Assembly (NCBI GenBank): GCA_951406725.2 | Contig: OX597817.1 | Span: 104,842,001-104,906,000, forward strand | Source of the DNA: Octopus vulgaris | Lineage: Eukaryota | Length of the DNA stretch: 64,000 nucleotides | Reading direction: 5' to 3' | Shown: positions 50,680 through 62,578 of the stretch, one piece after another | Layout of the letters: every line of letters starts with the position of its first letter | Position numbering within the stretch: position 1 is the first letter of the stretch | Program-made: the position numbers and the translations under genes | The notes under the pieces: generated by a model | Told to the model about the DNA's origin: nothing | Database searches by the model: none | Seen by the model: the letters and a program-made list of their open reading frames with translations, nothing else

Positions 50680-52803
50680 CGAGGGATGTTCAATAAGTAA
50701 TGCCCCTGACCCACTTGCAGTTGTTTGATCTAGCTGAAATTTTCCATGTGCAATTATTTATATCTCTATAGATTAAGTGGCAAATTACAGCTCTGAACTA
50801 ATTGTGGTTTCTGATTTACAGGTGTTTGAACTGAGTCAAGTGTGAAATGGAGCCTGTTGAGTGTCGAGCAGTGATCCAGTTTTTGTATTTGAAAGGACGC
50901 ACACCACGGGAGACTTTTGATGAAATGAAAGTAACTTATGGTGATGATGCCCCATCATATGACCATGTAAAACGTGAATTCAAACATGGTCGGAACTCTG
51001 TGGAAACAGCTCCCAGATTTGGTCACCCCACTTCTGCCATTGATGAGGCATCTGTCCGTCAAGTTGAGGCTGCCATTTTGGAAGATCGACACATAACTAT
51101 TTGTCAAGATTAGTACTGGGTCTGTGGAAACTATCATTCATGCCCATTTGCATATACAAAAGGTGTCTGCCAGATGGATTCCCAGGTTGTTCACACCTTT
51201 CCAGAAGCAAGAATGCGTTGAGTGCTCGAGGATGAATTTGGAGCTTTGCCAAGATGAGTCGAAATTTTTCAAAAGACTGATTACACAGGATGAAACCTGG
51301 GTCCATCACTATGATCCAGAATCCAATGCCCAGTCAATGCAGTGGAAGCACCGTGACTCGCCTCCTCCAAAGAAGGCAAGGTCATGCTCACAGTTTTCTG
51401 GGACCAGGACGGAGTAGTGATGACAGATTTCCTGGCAAAGGGTACCACAATTACAGGAGCCTATTATGCTTCACTTTTGAGGAAATTAAGAGAAGCTATC
51501 AAAATCAAGAGGCGGGGCAAGATCAGCAAAGGCATCCTCCTCCTGCAGGACAACGCTCCAGTCCACAACTTGCTTGTCGCCAGATCAGAAGCACAGGTGT
51601 GCGGCTATGAACTTCTCCCCCATACTCTCCTGATCTTGCACCCTCTGATTTTCACCTCTTCCCAGCCATGAAGTTGTTTTTGAAAGGAAAGTGTTTCCTA
51701 GATGATGCAGCCTTGATTTCTGAAGTCACGCCGTGGTTGGAGGACCAAGCTGAGGTCTTCTACAAAAACGGTCTCCAGAGCTGCATCAAACGATGGGAGA
51801 AATCATCATCATCATTGTTCGACCGTGGTCGAGACAATGGAATTTACCATGCTACGCCAGACTTCACAGTCCATCATAGCATTACGGAGGTCCTGTTGCT
51901 GGATGCCTGTATCCCTGGAGATTACATCAGGGTAGGAGAGTGTGCGCCCTCTAGTATTGTGAGTAGATGGCTTCCAGAGGAGAAGAGTAGAAATTGCCTC
52001 GTTTTCAGCTCTACAACAATGACCAGTAAACTGGATTCTCCTACCTTTCACAAGAGATGACACAGGTGGTAGTTTCCCCATATATTTGCATTTTGGTTGG
52101 ATGACGCTGCCACGAGAGATTTTGAGCTCTCATAAGGAGGCGAGTGTAGGTTCTATCCAACTGCCTCTCAAGCTTCTTTGATAACGTCCAGGTTTCTGAG
52201 CCATATAGTAGAATTGGTTCGACTGTGGCTTTGAAGATTTCAAGTTTGAAGTCTCTACTTAGATTTGATGACCAAATCTTATGCATGTTATTACAGGCTG
52301 ACCAGGCCATACCCTTTCTAGTTAGAAAATCTTTTCCAGATGATGATATGTATGACCCAAGATATTTGTAATCAGAAACCATATTTAAGGGCGCATTGTT
52401 GAGAGTATGGATGATGCAATCACTGTTGGACAGGCACTTGTTTATATATTCAGTCTTGGCCTCATTGAGGTAAAGACCTACACAATTTGAGGCTTGTTCG
52501 AGAGATTGTAAAAGAGACTGGGCATTGGAGAGAGAATCACTGATAAGAGCGATGTCGTCAGCAAAGTCAGTGTCTGTCAAGTATTCAGCTGGGTGTCTGG
52601 AACTTCTAGGTTTTATTTCAAAGCCCTTGCCAGAAATGGTATCAATAGTCAACGACAATGATGAAGAGAAATGGGGCGAGTGTGGGAGAAATGCTTAACT
52701 CTGGGTGGTTCCTATGTAGAAAAAGACTAATAACTGTGCCAAGTTTCGTTGCTCTACTGCTATGGGAAGTGGGTCAGGGGCATTACTTATTGAACGCACC
52801 TTG
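50680..52803 (+). mobile_element. decayed mariner transposon interrupted by a LINE
   Basis: TIRs CGAGGGATGTTCAATAAGTAATGCCCCTGACCCACTT and its inverse at 52768-52803, with TA flanks. Transposase MEPVECRAVIQFL, WIPRLFT, DETWVHHYDPE, QDNAPVH, YSPDLAPSDF (frameshifted); the C-terminus WEKCLTLGGSYVEKD* resumes after the insertion. Confidence 0.92.
51804..52682 (-). mobile_element. 5'-truncated RTE-like LINE
   Basis: RT motifs LAPFLFIIVVDY, DFADDIAL, YKYLGS and LLYGSETW; (ATG)n tail; 10-bp TSD TGGGAGAAAT at 51794-51803 and 52683-52692. Confidence 0.9.
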
Positions 52804-53147
52804 TATCTTTGATCTGTCATCGCTTGCCCAAGTAATACTGGTGCGATACACGCGTTGTGTCCTTGAAGAAGACACTTTATTTCACGTTGCTCCAGTCCAC
52901 TCAGCTGGCAAAAATGAGTAGTACCTGTATTTCAAAGGGACAGCCTTGTCACACTGTGTCATGCTGAATCTGTGCGAGAAAGAGTTTGTGTGGGATTTGG
53001 CTGCTATTTCTAGCACGTGAATAGACTGCTTGCCGGTTGCTTATTTAATGTACGGGTGCACCCAATTTTGATTTCGAAGTATTTAAAAAACTTATTTGGA
53101 AATCAGAGAAAGGAACGACGCATTTTAAAACTGAAAATTTTAAAAAA

Positions 53148-53538
53148 GGCGTAGGAGTGGCTGTGTGGTAAGTAGCTTGCTTACGAACCACATGGTTCTG
53201 GGTTCAGTCCCACTGTGTGACACCTTGGGCAAGTGTTTCTACTATAGCCTCGAGCCGACCAAAGCCTTGTGAGTGGATTTGGTAGACGGAAACTGAAAGA
53301 AGCCCCTCATATATATATATGCATGTGTGTGTATGTTTGTATGTCTGTGTTTGACCCCCAACATCGCTTGACAACCTATGCTGGTGTGGTTACGTCCCCG
53401 TAACTTAGCGGTTCGGCAAAAAAGACAGATAGACTAAGTACTAGGCTTACAAAGACTAAGTCCTGGGGTCGGTTTGCTTGACTAAAGGCGGTGCTCCAGC
53501 ATGGCCACAGTCAAATGACTGAAACAAGTAAAAGAGTA
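53148..53538 (+). mobile_element. tRNA-derived SINE (major family)
   Basis: A box TGGCTGTGTGG, B box GGTTCAGTCCC, conserved core, internal TA/TG microsatellite and a gactgaaacaagtaaaag tail. Other copies at about 1548-1870(+), 1955-2340(-), 9890-10280(-), 19630-19745(+), 34735-35072(+), 37915-38197(-), 38810-38928(-) and 48473-48830(+). Confidence 0.85.
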
Positions 53539-55621
53539 AACAAAATTTCCAAAAACTTTTGTGAATGTTCCGAGTCCTCTCCTCACCCCCTTTCGCGGGC
53601 GCACATTTTTTTTTGTCATATTCGTTTAGAGCAGTTGTTTTACACCTATTACACTATTTTTTTTTTTCTATTAAACGAATCTGAAAACCAAAATTTGCGC
53701 AAACGAACCTGGGGGTGGGAAGAGAACACTAGGAAAATTCACACGACTCGATTTTTCTCTCATAACTTTCAGGAAAATGGATATCTTTTAATGAAAAAAT
53801 ATCAAATATAAATACCTTTCAAACGGCATAAATTACAATTATAAAGAAATTTGGGTAAAATTTTCGAAAATTTTACCAAATTTGTGGGGGAAATTTTGGT
53901 TCATGTTTTCAACTTGATCCCGAAACGAAAATCAGAAAAAAAAAGGCAAGATCCGAGTTTTTCCCTCATAACTCTTAGGAAAATGGGTGGTTTTTCAATG
54001 AAATTTTATATAAATACCTTTCAAACGATTTTTTATATCTATTACATTTGTTTTTTGTTTTGGTAGCCGGGTGTTAAATTAGATATTAACCAAATATTCA
54101 AATCAAAGTTACCGCCATCCAAACAACGGCTGCAGTTGACATTTGTAAAAGAAACAAGTAAGCTATATTGGCAATCTTTCGTTTTGACTCGCCGCTATAT
54201 TTGCAGTTAGCGATACATATTTATTTTTTTATTGCCCACAGGGCAATACAAGGATAGACAAAGAGATTAAGTCGGTTACATCGACCCAGTGCGTAACTGG
54301 TACTTATTTAATCGATCCTGAAAGGATGAAAGACAAAGTCAACCTAGGCGGAATTTGAACTCAGAATGTAACGGCAGACGAAATACCGCTAGGCATTTCG
54401 CCCGGTTCTGCCAGCTTGTTTATCCAAATAGATTTTAAAATTTAATTCGATCATATTTCCAATACTTCAAAAACAGTTAATAGGAATTCCCCACCTGTTA
54501 ATAAAAAGACAGTTAACGCCCCACCCCAGCTTTGATTCAATGAAGTCGAAATTATAAAAAATACTTCCGTAAGGAATGATATTAGCGAATATCTATAAAT
54601 ATACAACAAAATAAAGCAAGGCCATAAAGATTTACCGAAAATAATGCTACTATTTTTGCTACGTAAAATTGTTTTAAAAAAAACGGTTAGAAATCACTAA
54701 GTTCTCTGTAATCACCTATACAATTAGAACCGGATTAATATTTTTTTAGGGCCTGTGGCTATAACGTCAGAATTTCAGCAAAACAATAAAACAGGTTGCA
54801 ATCACAGATTGTAAAGAAAAAGAAGAAATAAAGGAATAAACGGATGTAAGGGTTTAAAACTATTTCGTAGGTTTAAGGTTTAAGTGTATAATCTTGACCT
54901 ATTAATGTAACCGAAAATTATCGTCCAGTATATTTCCCTCGTTTGAAAGGAATTCGAGGCACAGTAGATATTTTGAACGACAGTTCAAAGAATAAATAAA
55001 AAGTTTAAAAGTTATCAAATTCAAAGCTAAAAGTGAATTATAATAAACAAATTAAATAATTACGAAAGCAGTTCATAAATTTAATAGTTTTGTCAAACAG
55101 ATGAGAAATGTTTTCACTTGAAACTAAAAAATTTAACTGGTTGGTCACGTTTGGCAGGATAGGAAAAAGAAAAAAAAGAAACACATAATCATGTATAGGT
55201 CAAATAAATACTTTTGAAAAACACAATGTTAATTCAGTTTTCCGTTTAACAATAAGTTCCCTCATTATCATATAACTTCGTTATAATTTAGAATAGAACA
55301 ATAAAGTCCATCTGGCTCCGATATCAAATTGAATCCAGAACTTTTTTCCATACTATATTTGTAGGATAGAGTACCTTAAATATTCCATATGGAAACGATA
55401 AAAAAAAACAACATATATTATTATAGGTTTGTTTAAACCTAAGATGATAAATGTCATTTTGACTTAGATTTAAACAAACCGTTAAAACAAACTAAAATGG
55501 GCGCTAGAATTTAGGAATTTTAATCAAGTTGTTAAAATAAAACATCAAATTTTAAGCATTCATATATTAAGGATAAGTAAATTATGTGTATCAACTTTAT
55601 CATCCATAAATTGTAACTCAC

Positions 55622-55700
55622 AGCGATTTTCTTTCTGTTTTTCTAAATATAAATAAGTCGTTCCATCAATCAGCTCGACATTTGTAAATCCCGCATTTAA
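55622..55700 (-). other. probable non-coding first exon of RACGAP1 (5' end approximate)
   Basis: Coding exon 1 begins at an acceptor, so an upstream exon is required. A strong |gtgagt donor at 55621 lies next to a CpG-enriched motif cluster. Confidence 0.55.
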
Positions 55701-55845
55701 ACGATGTGACGTCACCTGACCAGTATATTGCTAGCGACACCTAGCGTCACAGCCAAGACCTAACAAACGACTTTCAGTTGGCTCCTGTCAGAAAATTTGT
55801 TTGTAAATAACCAGTACACTTTCTCTGTTACCATGACGCTCAATG
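55690..55845 (-). promoter_or_regulatory. putative RACGAP1 promoter
   Basis: Perfect CRE palindrome GTGACGTCAC (55706-55715), CHR-like TTTAAA (55696-55701), Myb-type CAGTTGG (55775-55781), forkhead-like GTAAATAA (about 55803) and X-box-like GTTACCATGACGC (55827-55839). Confidence 0.5.
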
Positions 55846-56388
55846 TCCATGCTCAACAAACTTTGTGCCTTTGTTTTTTATACATATAAAAGGTATCATT
55901 ACACACTACAGATATTTTTCGACCTGGTAATTATATATATATATATACATATTTACGTTTTTATTAATATTTAGCGTCAACTCCAGTGTTTGACACCCCC
56001 CCAGTAAAAAAAGGGGGGGGCAATAGGTGTTGAACAACATGTAGTAAACGAATATGAAAAAAAACTGCGCGTGGGCAAACAGGGAGCGGAGAAGAGGACT
56101 CGGAAAATTCACATCGGGAATGTTCGAAGGCCTCTCACCACTTCTCTGTTCGTAGGCGAAATTTTTTTTCTTCATATTCGTTTACTACACGTTATTTTAC
56201 ACCTAATATATTAGTGTGGGTGGGGGCGGAACAATTCACACGATCCCATTTTTTCCCTAAAGAAAATGGATATTCTTCCCAACCACGCAGTTCCGGGTTC
56301 AGTCCCACTGCATGGCACCTTGAGCAAGTAAATTTATGTAAAAATGTATGTATATATATATATATATACATACATTTTTTTCTGTGTA

Positions 56389-56425
56389 TCTTTCGGTCGA
56401 AGAGCGTAGGCTCGAAACGTAAAAG
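56389..56425 (+). ncRNA. degenerate hammerhead-like motif
   Basis: TCTTT-CGGTCGA-A-GAGC(GTAG)GCTC-GAAAC-GTA-AAAGA. All stems are intact but the core deviates from CUGANGA. Confidence 0.5.
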
Positions 56426-56520
56426 ACTGTTTCTATTTCTATTCCTGAGCGCTATACTAATACATTTGTTTGTTTGTACTCCACCTGCCTTCGTCTTTTG
56501 TTTATTTTCGTAAACTTTCC

Positions 56521-56568
<48 letters not shown>

Positions 56569-56680
56569 ATTTAGGAATGGTCATGTTGCCAGTTTAGCCA
56601 GTAAAAAACACACGCACTATATATTTGGTGTTAATTTGCTTCAATTTTATTTATTTTTTACATTAATCTCAATCTTATTT

Positions 56681-56727
56681 GGGCCAGAGTTTCTTTCGTC
56701 GCTCTTCTGTGACCTCATCAGTGGTCC
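56681..56727 (-). ncRNA. minimal type I hammerhead ribozyme motif
   Basis: - strand: GGACCA-CTGATGA-G-GTCAC(AGAAGA)GCGAC-GAAA-G(AAA)C-TC-TGGCCC; CUC triad. Confidence 0.7.
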
Positions 56728-57374
56728 TTTGCTTTCTTCTCTCTTATTTGTGTGTCTCTCCTTACTAAAGATCAGTCATTTTGTATTTTGTAGTGTGTAA
56801 TGATACCTTTTATATGTATACAAAAATCGATTCCAGGTGAGAATGTGATCGATAAAGCCGGAGGAACGTGCATTTGTACGCGCAAGTACATCAGCTGTTG
56901 CGATTATACGTTCTCATAAATTCATCATTCTTTTCCATCTAGATTTACCTCCAGCTAACCCATTTGCATGCATCGTGTTTGTCCTGCTTTCCTTCCGTCA
57001 ACCTGTACATAACTGCACCTATTTTTTGTTGTTTTTGTACTGCTTAAATGCACGTTTCTTTCCTGCCAAGCTTACTATTTAAACTATGTTTGTGTTCTCC
57101 CAGTCAACACCTTATCATTACTGGTACTTTAAACTCTTCTGTTGCATATTTGTGTGAATAAAATTGTTTTTTTTTTTTTAGAATAGCAAAAAGGGCCATC
57201 TTTATTTCTTCTTTTGCTGGTGTCTCAAATTTAGGTTAAATCAGTGTTTCGCAAAGAGGAGGCCGATGGGACGGTTGGACAAGTTGTTTTGAGAAGATTT
57301 GGTTTAAATGTTTGGCAACTCAGCACCATCCACTGAACGGGGGGTGCGTTTTACTCATATATATATATATATGT

Positions 57375-58520
57375 CATCATCATCATTGTTTAACGTCCGC
57401 TTTCCATGCTAGCATGGGTTGGACGATTTTGACTGAGGGCTGGTGAACCAGATGGCTGCACCAGGCTCCAATCTTGATCTGGCAGAGTTTCTACAGCTGG
57501 ATGCCCTTCCTAACGCCAACCACTCCGAGAGTGTAGTGGGTGCTTTTTACGTGCCACCGGCACTGGAGCCAGTCAAGCGGTACTGGCAATGACCTCGCTC
57601 AAATCTTTTTACATGTAACACCGGCACAGGTGCCAGTGAAGCGATGTTGGTAACGATCATACTCGAATAGCCGCTCTGTCAACCATCACACTCATATGGT
57701 GCTCTTTGCACCCTGCTAGCACGGATGCCAGTCATCGAATTGATTTTGATTTTCATTTCACTTGCCTCAATAGGTCTTCACAAGCAGAGTTTAGTGACCA
57801 AAGAAGAAAAAGGTATGCATAAGCGGGCTGGTTACGCTCCTGGCATAGGCCACAGGTTATGGTCTAATTTGGCTTGCCAGGTCTTCTCGAGCACAGCATA
57901 TTTCCAAAAGTCTCGGTTGCTAGTCATTTCCTTGGTGAGGCCTAGTGTTCAAAAGTCGTGCTTCACCACTTCATCCCAGGTCTACCTCTTCCACAGGTTC
58001 CCTCAACCGCTAGGGTGTGGCACTTATTCACACAGCTATCCTCATCCATTCTCGCCACATAACCATACCAGCGCAGTTGTCTCTCTTGCACACCACATCT
58101 AATGCTTCTTAGGTCCAACTTTTCTCTCAAGGTACTTACACTCTGTCGAGTATGCACACTGACGTTGCACATCCATTGGATCATACTGGCTTCATTCCTT
58201 GCGAGATTACGCATGTCCTCAGCAGTCACAGCCCTCGTTTCACTGCCGTGTAGCATGGCTGTTCGTACACATGCATCATACAGTCTACCTTTTACTCTGA
58301 GCGAGAGGCCCTTTGTCACCAACAGAGGTAAGAGCTCTCTGAATTTTGCCCAAGCACGGAAGCCAGCCAAGGCGGCGCTGGCATCGGCCACGTTCGGATG
58401 GTGCTTTTTATGTGCCACCGGCACAGAAGCTAGTCGAGGCGGCGCTGGCAACGGCCACGTTCGGATGGTGCTTTTTATGTGCCACCGGCACAGGTATCAC
58501 AACTACTATTTCCATTGATA
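57375..58520 (-). mobile_element. 3' fragment of the same RTE family plus extra 3'-UTR repeat units
   Basis: AWAKFRELLPLLVTKGLSLRVKGRLYDACVRTAMLHGSET, followed by the 3' UTR and a (GAT)n tail at 57375. Confidence 0.9.
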
Positions 58521-59301
58521 TTTGTTTCGATGTTCATGTACATGCACATATATATATATACTAGCAGAATTGCCCAGCGATGCTTGGGGCTGAATTGCTT
58601 GAAAGTACTGTTAATGATTGCACTGAATTATGATGATTATTCAGGCAAATATTGATATAAGTTTATGGTGGGAGATAAGGACTTAACTGTTTATATGTTT
58701 ACACACACACATACACACACACGCACACACATACATACATATAGCTCTTCCTGTCCTAAATGAACTTACTTATCCAGCTCAAATTCAGTCAAGCGGAAAA
58801 TACACTCCCTAACTACTCACTAAAAAGCTATTTAAAATATCCACATGATGTCTACTGACCAGCCTGAACAATAAGAATTTTCAACAAGCTTTTTTCGAAA
58901 ATTCTAAACATTCACTTGACCTCTTTATTATGACCACTAAGAAAAGCCTTTTTTCTTACCCCAACACCAACTTCCATTCAAACATTCATGTGACCCCTTC
59001 ATAATGACCAATCAAAATTGTATTGACCATTGTCCACAAGAAATTTTAGGTGCTAAACCAAGCAAATCTTAAACAACTCTGGAGCTTCTTTTTTCACATA
59101 TAAGAGACAGCAAACCCAACATAAAGTCAGATAAGAGGAAAAAATCTTTCAGAAAGGAACTCTAATCTTTTGATAAGCATAACAAATGCGCAACCGGTAA
59201 AAAGAACTTCACCTAATTAAATTACTTAAATTATTTTGTCAGCATTTTCTTCATTTCCTTTTTTATAAATCACAACTCGTGTTCCACATCTCCTTTTTTA
59301 A

Positions 59302-59337
<36 letters not shown>

Positions 59338-59383
59338 GTATATATATATGTATATATATATATGTATATATATATATGTATAT

Positions 59384-60027
59384 GACAGAGTGTAAGTACC
59401 TTGAGAGAAAAGTTGGACCTAAGAAGCATCAGTTGTAGTGTGCAAGAGAGACGTCTGCGCTGGTATGGGCATGTGACGAGAATGGGTGAAGATAGTTGTG
59501 TGCAAAAGTGCCACACTCTAGCAGTTGAGGGAACCTGTGGAAGAGGTAGACCCAGGAAAACCTGGGACGAGGTGGTGAAGCACGACCTTTGAACTTTAGG
59601 TCTCACCAAGGAAATGACTAGAGACCGAGACCTATGAAAGTATGCTGTGTGTGAGAAGACCCGGCAAGACCAGTGAGAACAGTCAAAATCAAATCAAATC
59701 AACATCAGTGGAAATTGCAGCTGTGGTTAAGCGAACCATCCGATCGTTTGTCCGTTGCCAGCCTCGCCTGGCCCCCGTGCCGGTGGCACGTAAAAACATA
59801 TCCGTTTGTGGCCATTTGCCAGCTCTATCTGGCACCTGTGCAGGTGGCATGTAAAAAGCACCCACTACACTCACGGAGTGGTTGGCGTCAGGAAGGGCAT
59901 CCAGTCGTAGAAACACTGCCAAATCTGACAGGGCCTGATGAAGCCTTCCGGCTTCACAGACCCCAGTTAAACCGTCCAACCCATGCTAGCATGGAAAACG
60001 GACGCTAAATGATGATGATGATGATGA
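59384..60027 (+). mobile_element. 3' fragment of the same RTE family
   Basis: REKLDLRSISCSVQERRLRWYGHV...GRGRPRKTW, 3' UTR and (GAT)n tail. Confidence 0.9.
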
Positions 60028-60081
60028 TATATATGTATATATATATATATATGTATATATTTATATATATATGTATATATT

Positions 60082-60119
<38 letters not shown>

Positions 60120-60925
60120 TATGCATGTATATGTATATATATGTATGAGTATGTATATGTATATAGGTATATGTATTTATATATATATGTATATATATAT
60201 ATGTATATATCTATATATACATCTGTATATACCTAACCCTAACACATTCATATATACACATGTATATATATATGTGTGTGTGTGTGTGTATATACATATA
60301 TATATATATATCTATATATACATATATATATATATATATCTATATATACATATATATATACATATATATATATACATATATCTATACATATATATATATA
60401 TACATATATCTATACATATATCTATATATACATATATCTATATACATATATATACATATATATATATATATATACATATATATACATATATACATATATA
60501 TATATACATATACATATATACATATACATATATACATATACACATATACATATACACATATACATATACACATATACATATACACATATACATATACACA
60601 TATACATATATATATACATATATATATACATATATATATATACATATACACATATACATATACACATATACATATACATATACATATACACATATACATA
60701 TACACATATACATATACATATATACATATACATATATACATATACATATACATATAAACATATACATATACATATACACATATACATATACATATATACA
60801 TATACATATACACATATACATATATACATATATATATACACATATATATATATATACATATATATATATACATATATATATATATACATATATACATATA
60901 TATATATACATATATATACATATAA
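60028..60925. repeat. compound (TA)n/(TACA)n/(CATATA)n microsatellite
   Basis: Low-complexity tract; source of the spurious Y/I/H/T ORFs. Confidence 0.95.
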
Positions 60926-61017
60926 AATATTATTAGAGACAAAACCACTATTTTGCAAAACAAACAAGGAAAGACTTAATCAATACATAAAATTTTAATA
61001 AATAGTCAAAAAAACCG

Positions 61018-61060
61018 CCACTACAATTGTTTCTTGTCTTGATCGACAATCTTCAGGTGG
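61018..61060 (-). ncRNA. minimal type I hammerhead ribozyme motif
   Basis: - strand: CCAC-CTGAAGA-TTGTC(GATCAA)GACAA-GAAAC-AATT-GTA-GTGG. All three stems are perfect, stem III is palindromic, and the triad is GUA. Confidence 0.8.
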
Positions 61061-61514
61061 ACTTCCAATCTAAAATATCAATATTTTAAAATATAAAATA
61101 ATAATTTTAAAATAATTAAAGTATTAATGAAAAAATATATATATATAATCCATATATAACCTATATATAATCCATATATAATCAATATATAAACAATATA
61201 TAAACTAAAATAAACCTATCAACAATTAAATATAAAATATAAAATATAAAACAAAACAAAAAAATAAAAAAATATAATAATAATATAATAATAAACTATA
61301 TATACACCCATACACATATAACTAATTATATATAACCATATCTAACTACATACACTAAATCACACACCTATATATATATCCCTATACATACACATAAAAA
61401 CGTCTAGGCAACTATAAATAAATAAAATAGCTAAATACTTCAACACAATACTTATTCATACTCCCACACACACACATACAACCCACATTCACGCTCTAGA
61501 AACGGACATCACTT

Positions 61515-62578
61515 AAAATTATGAACGGAGAAATGGAATAAATGGAATTAAAAATTATATTCACTTGGTAAAACGAACACTACTTAAAAATTATGAATGA
61601 AACAATGCAATAAAACAACAGACATCGCAAATAGACACAAACTACTACGAATTCCTTAACAAACCTACCATGATAAACCAAAACTCATAAAAACATATAA
61701 TGATAAAATCTCCCTTTACTAAACTCTATAACATACCTATATAGCAATCCCCCTAACCTAAACATTCACACACAAATACACACACGTAAACCACACACCC
61801 ACGACATATACAAATACCCACACCACTTACACATACCTATACATACATATAAACCTCAACATATACTCCAAAAACCCACTCAACCCCACACAGACAAATA
61901 AACACAAAAATTATGAATGGATTCTTTTATAAAACTACCATGATAAGCTAAAACTCACAAAAACATAAATGATAAAACCTCCCTTTACTAAACACTATAA
62001 CATACTTATATAGCAATCCCTTTAACCTATACATTCACACACAAATACACACACGTAAACCACACACCCATAACAAATACAAACACACACCCACAAGTAC
62101 ATATAAGCCTCAACATATACACCAAACAAAATTACTTTACCAAGGAACTTAACATATGTATAAAAAGTATAACCGCTCTGGTTAAAATAATGAATGGAGA
62201 AATGGAATAAATGGAATTAAAAATAATATTCACGTGGCAAAACGAACACCACTCAAAAATTATGAATGAAACAATGTAATAAAACAACCAACATCGAAAA
62301 TAGACAAATTACCACGAATTCCCTAAAAAAAAAAAAAAAACCATGATAAACCAAAACTCTTAAAAACATATAACGATAAAATCTCCCTTTGCTAAACTCT
62401 ATAACAAACCTATATAGCAATCCCCCTAACCTAAACATTCACACACAAATACACACACGTAAACCACAGACCCACGACTTATACAAATACCCACCTCACT
62501 CACACATACCTATACTAACTTATAAACCTCAATATACACCAAAAACCCACTCCCTCCCCACACAGACAAATTAACACA
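61515..62578. repeat. tandem units of about 390 bp (61515-61905, partial 61906-62125, 62184-62578)
   Basis: Repeated ggagaaatggaataaatggaattaaaaa...agcaatccccctaacctaaacattcacacac; strongly A/C-skewed. Confidence 0.8.

Noticed and set aside
56826-57180. Possible first exon of a divergent + strand gene
   Set aside because: CpG-containing with a donor-like caggtgag, but no ORF or downstream exon supports it.
59935-59960. CTGATGA followed by the hairpin AGCC/GGCT
   Set aside because: No GAAA or stem III follows; it is a variant of the RTE tail (cctggtgcagccttc).
60009-60998. Long ORFs of 157-277 aa rich in Y/I/H/T/C/V/M
   Set aside because: Translations of TA/TACA microsatellites; not genes.
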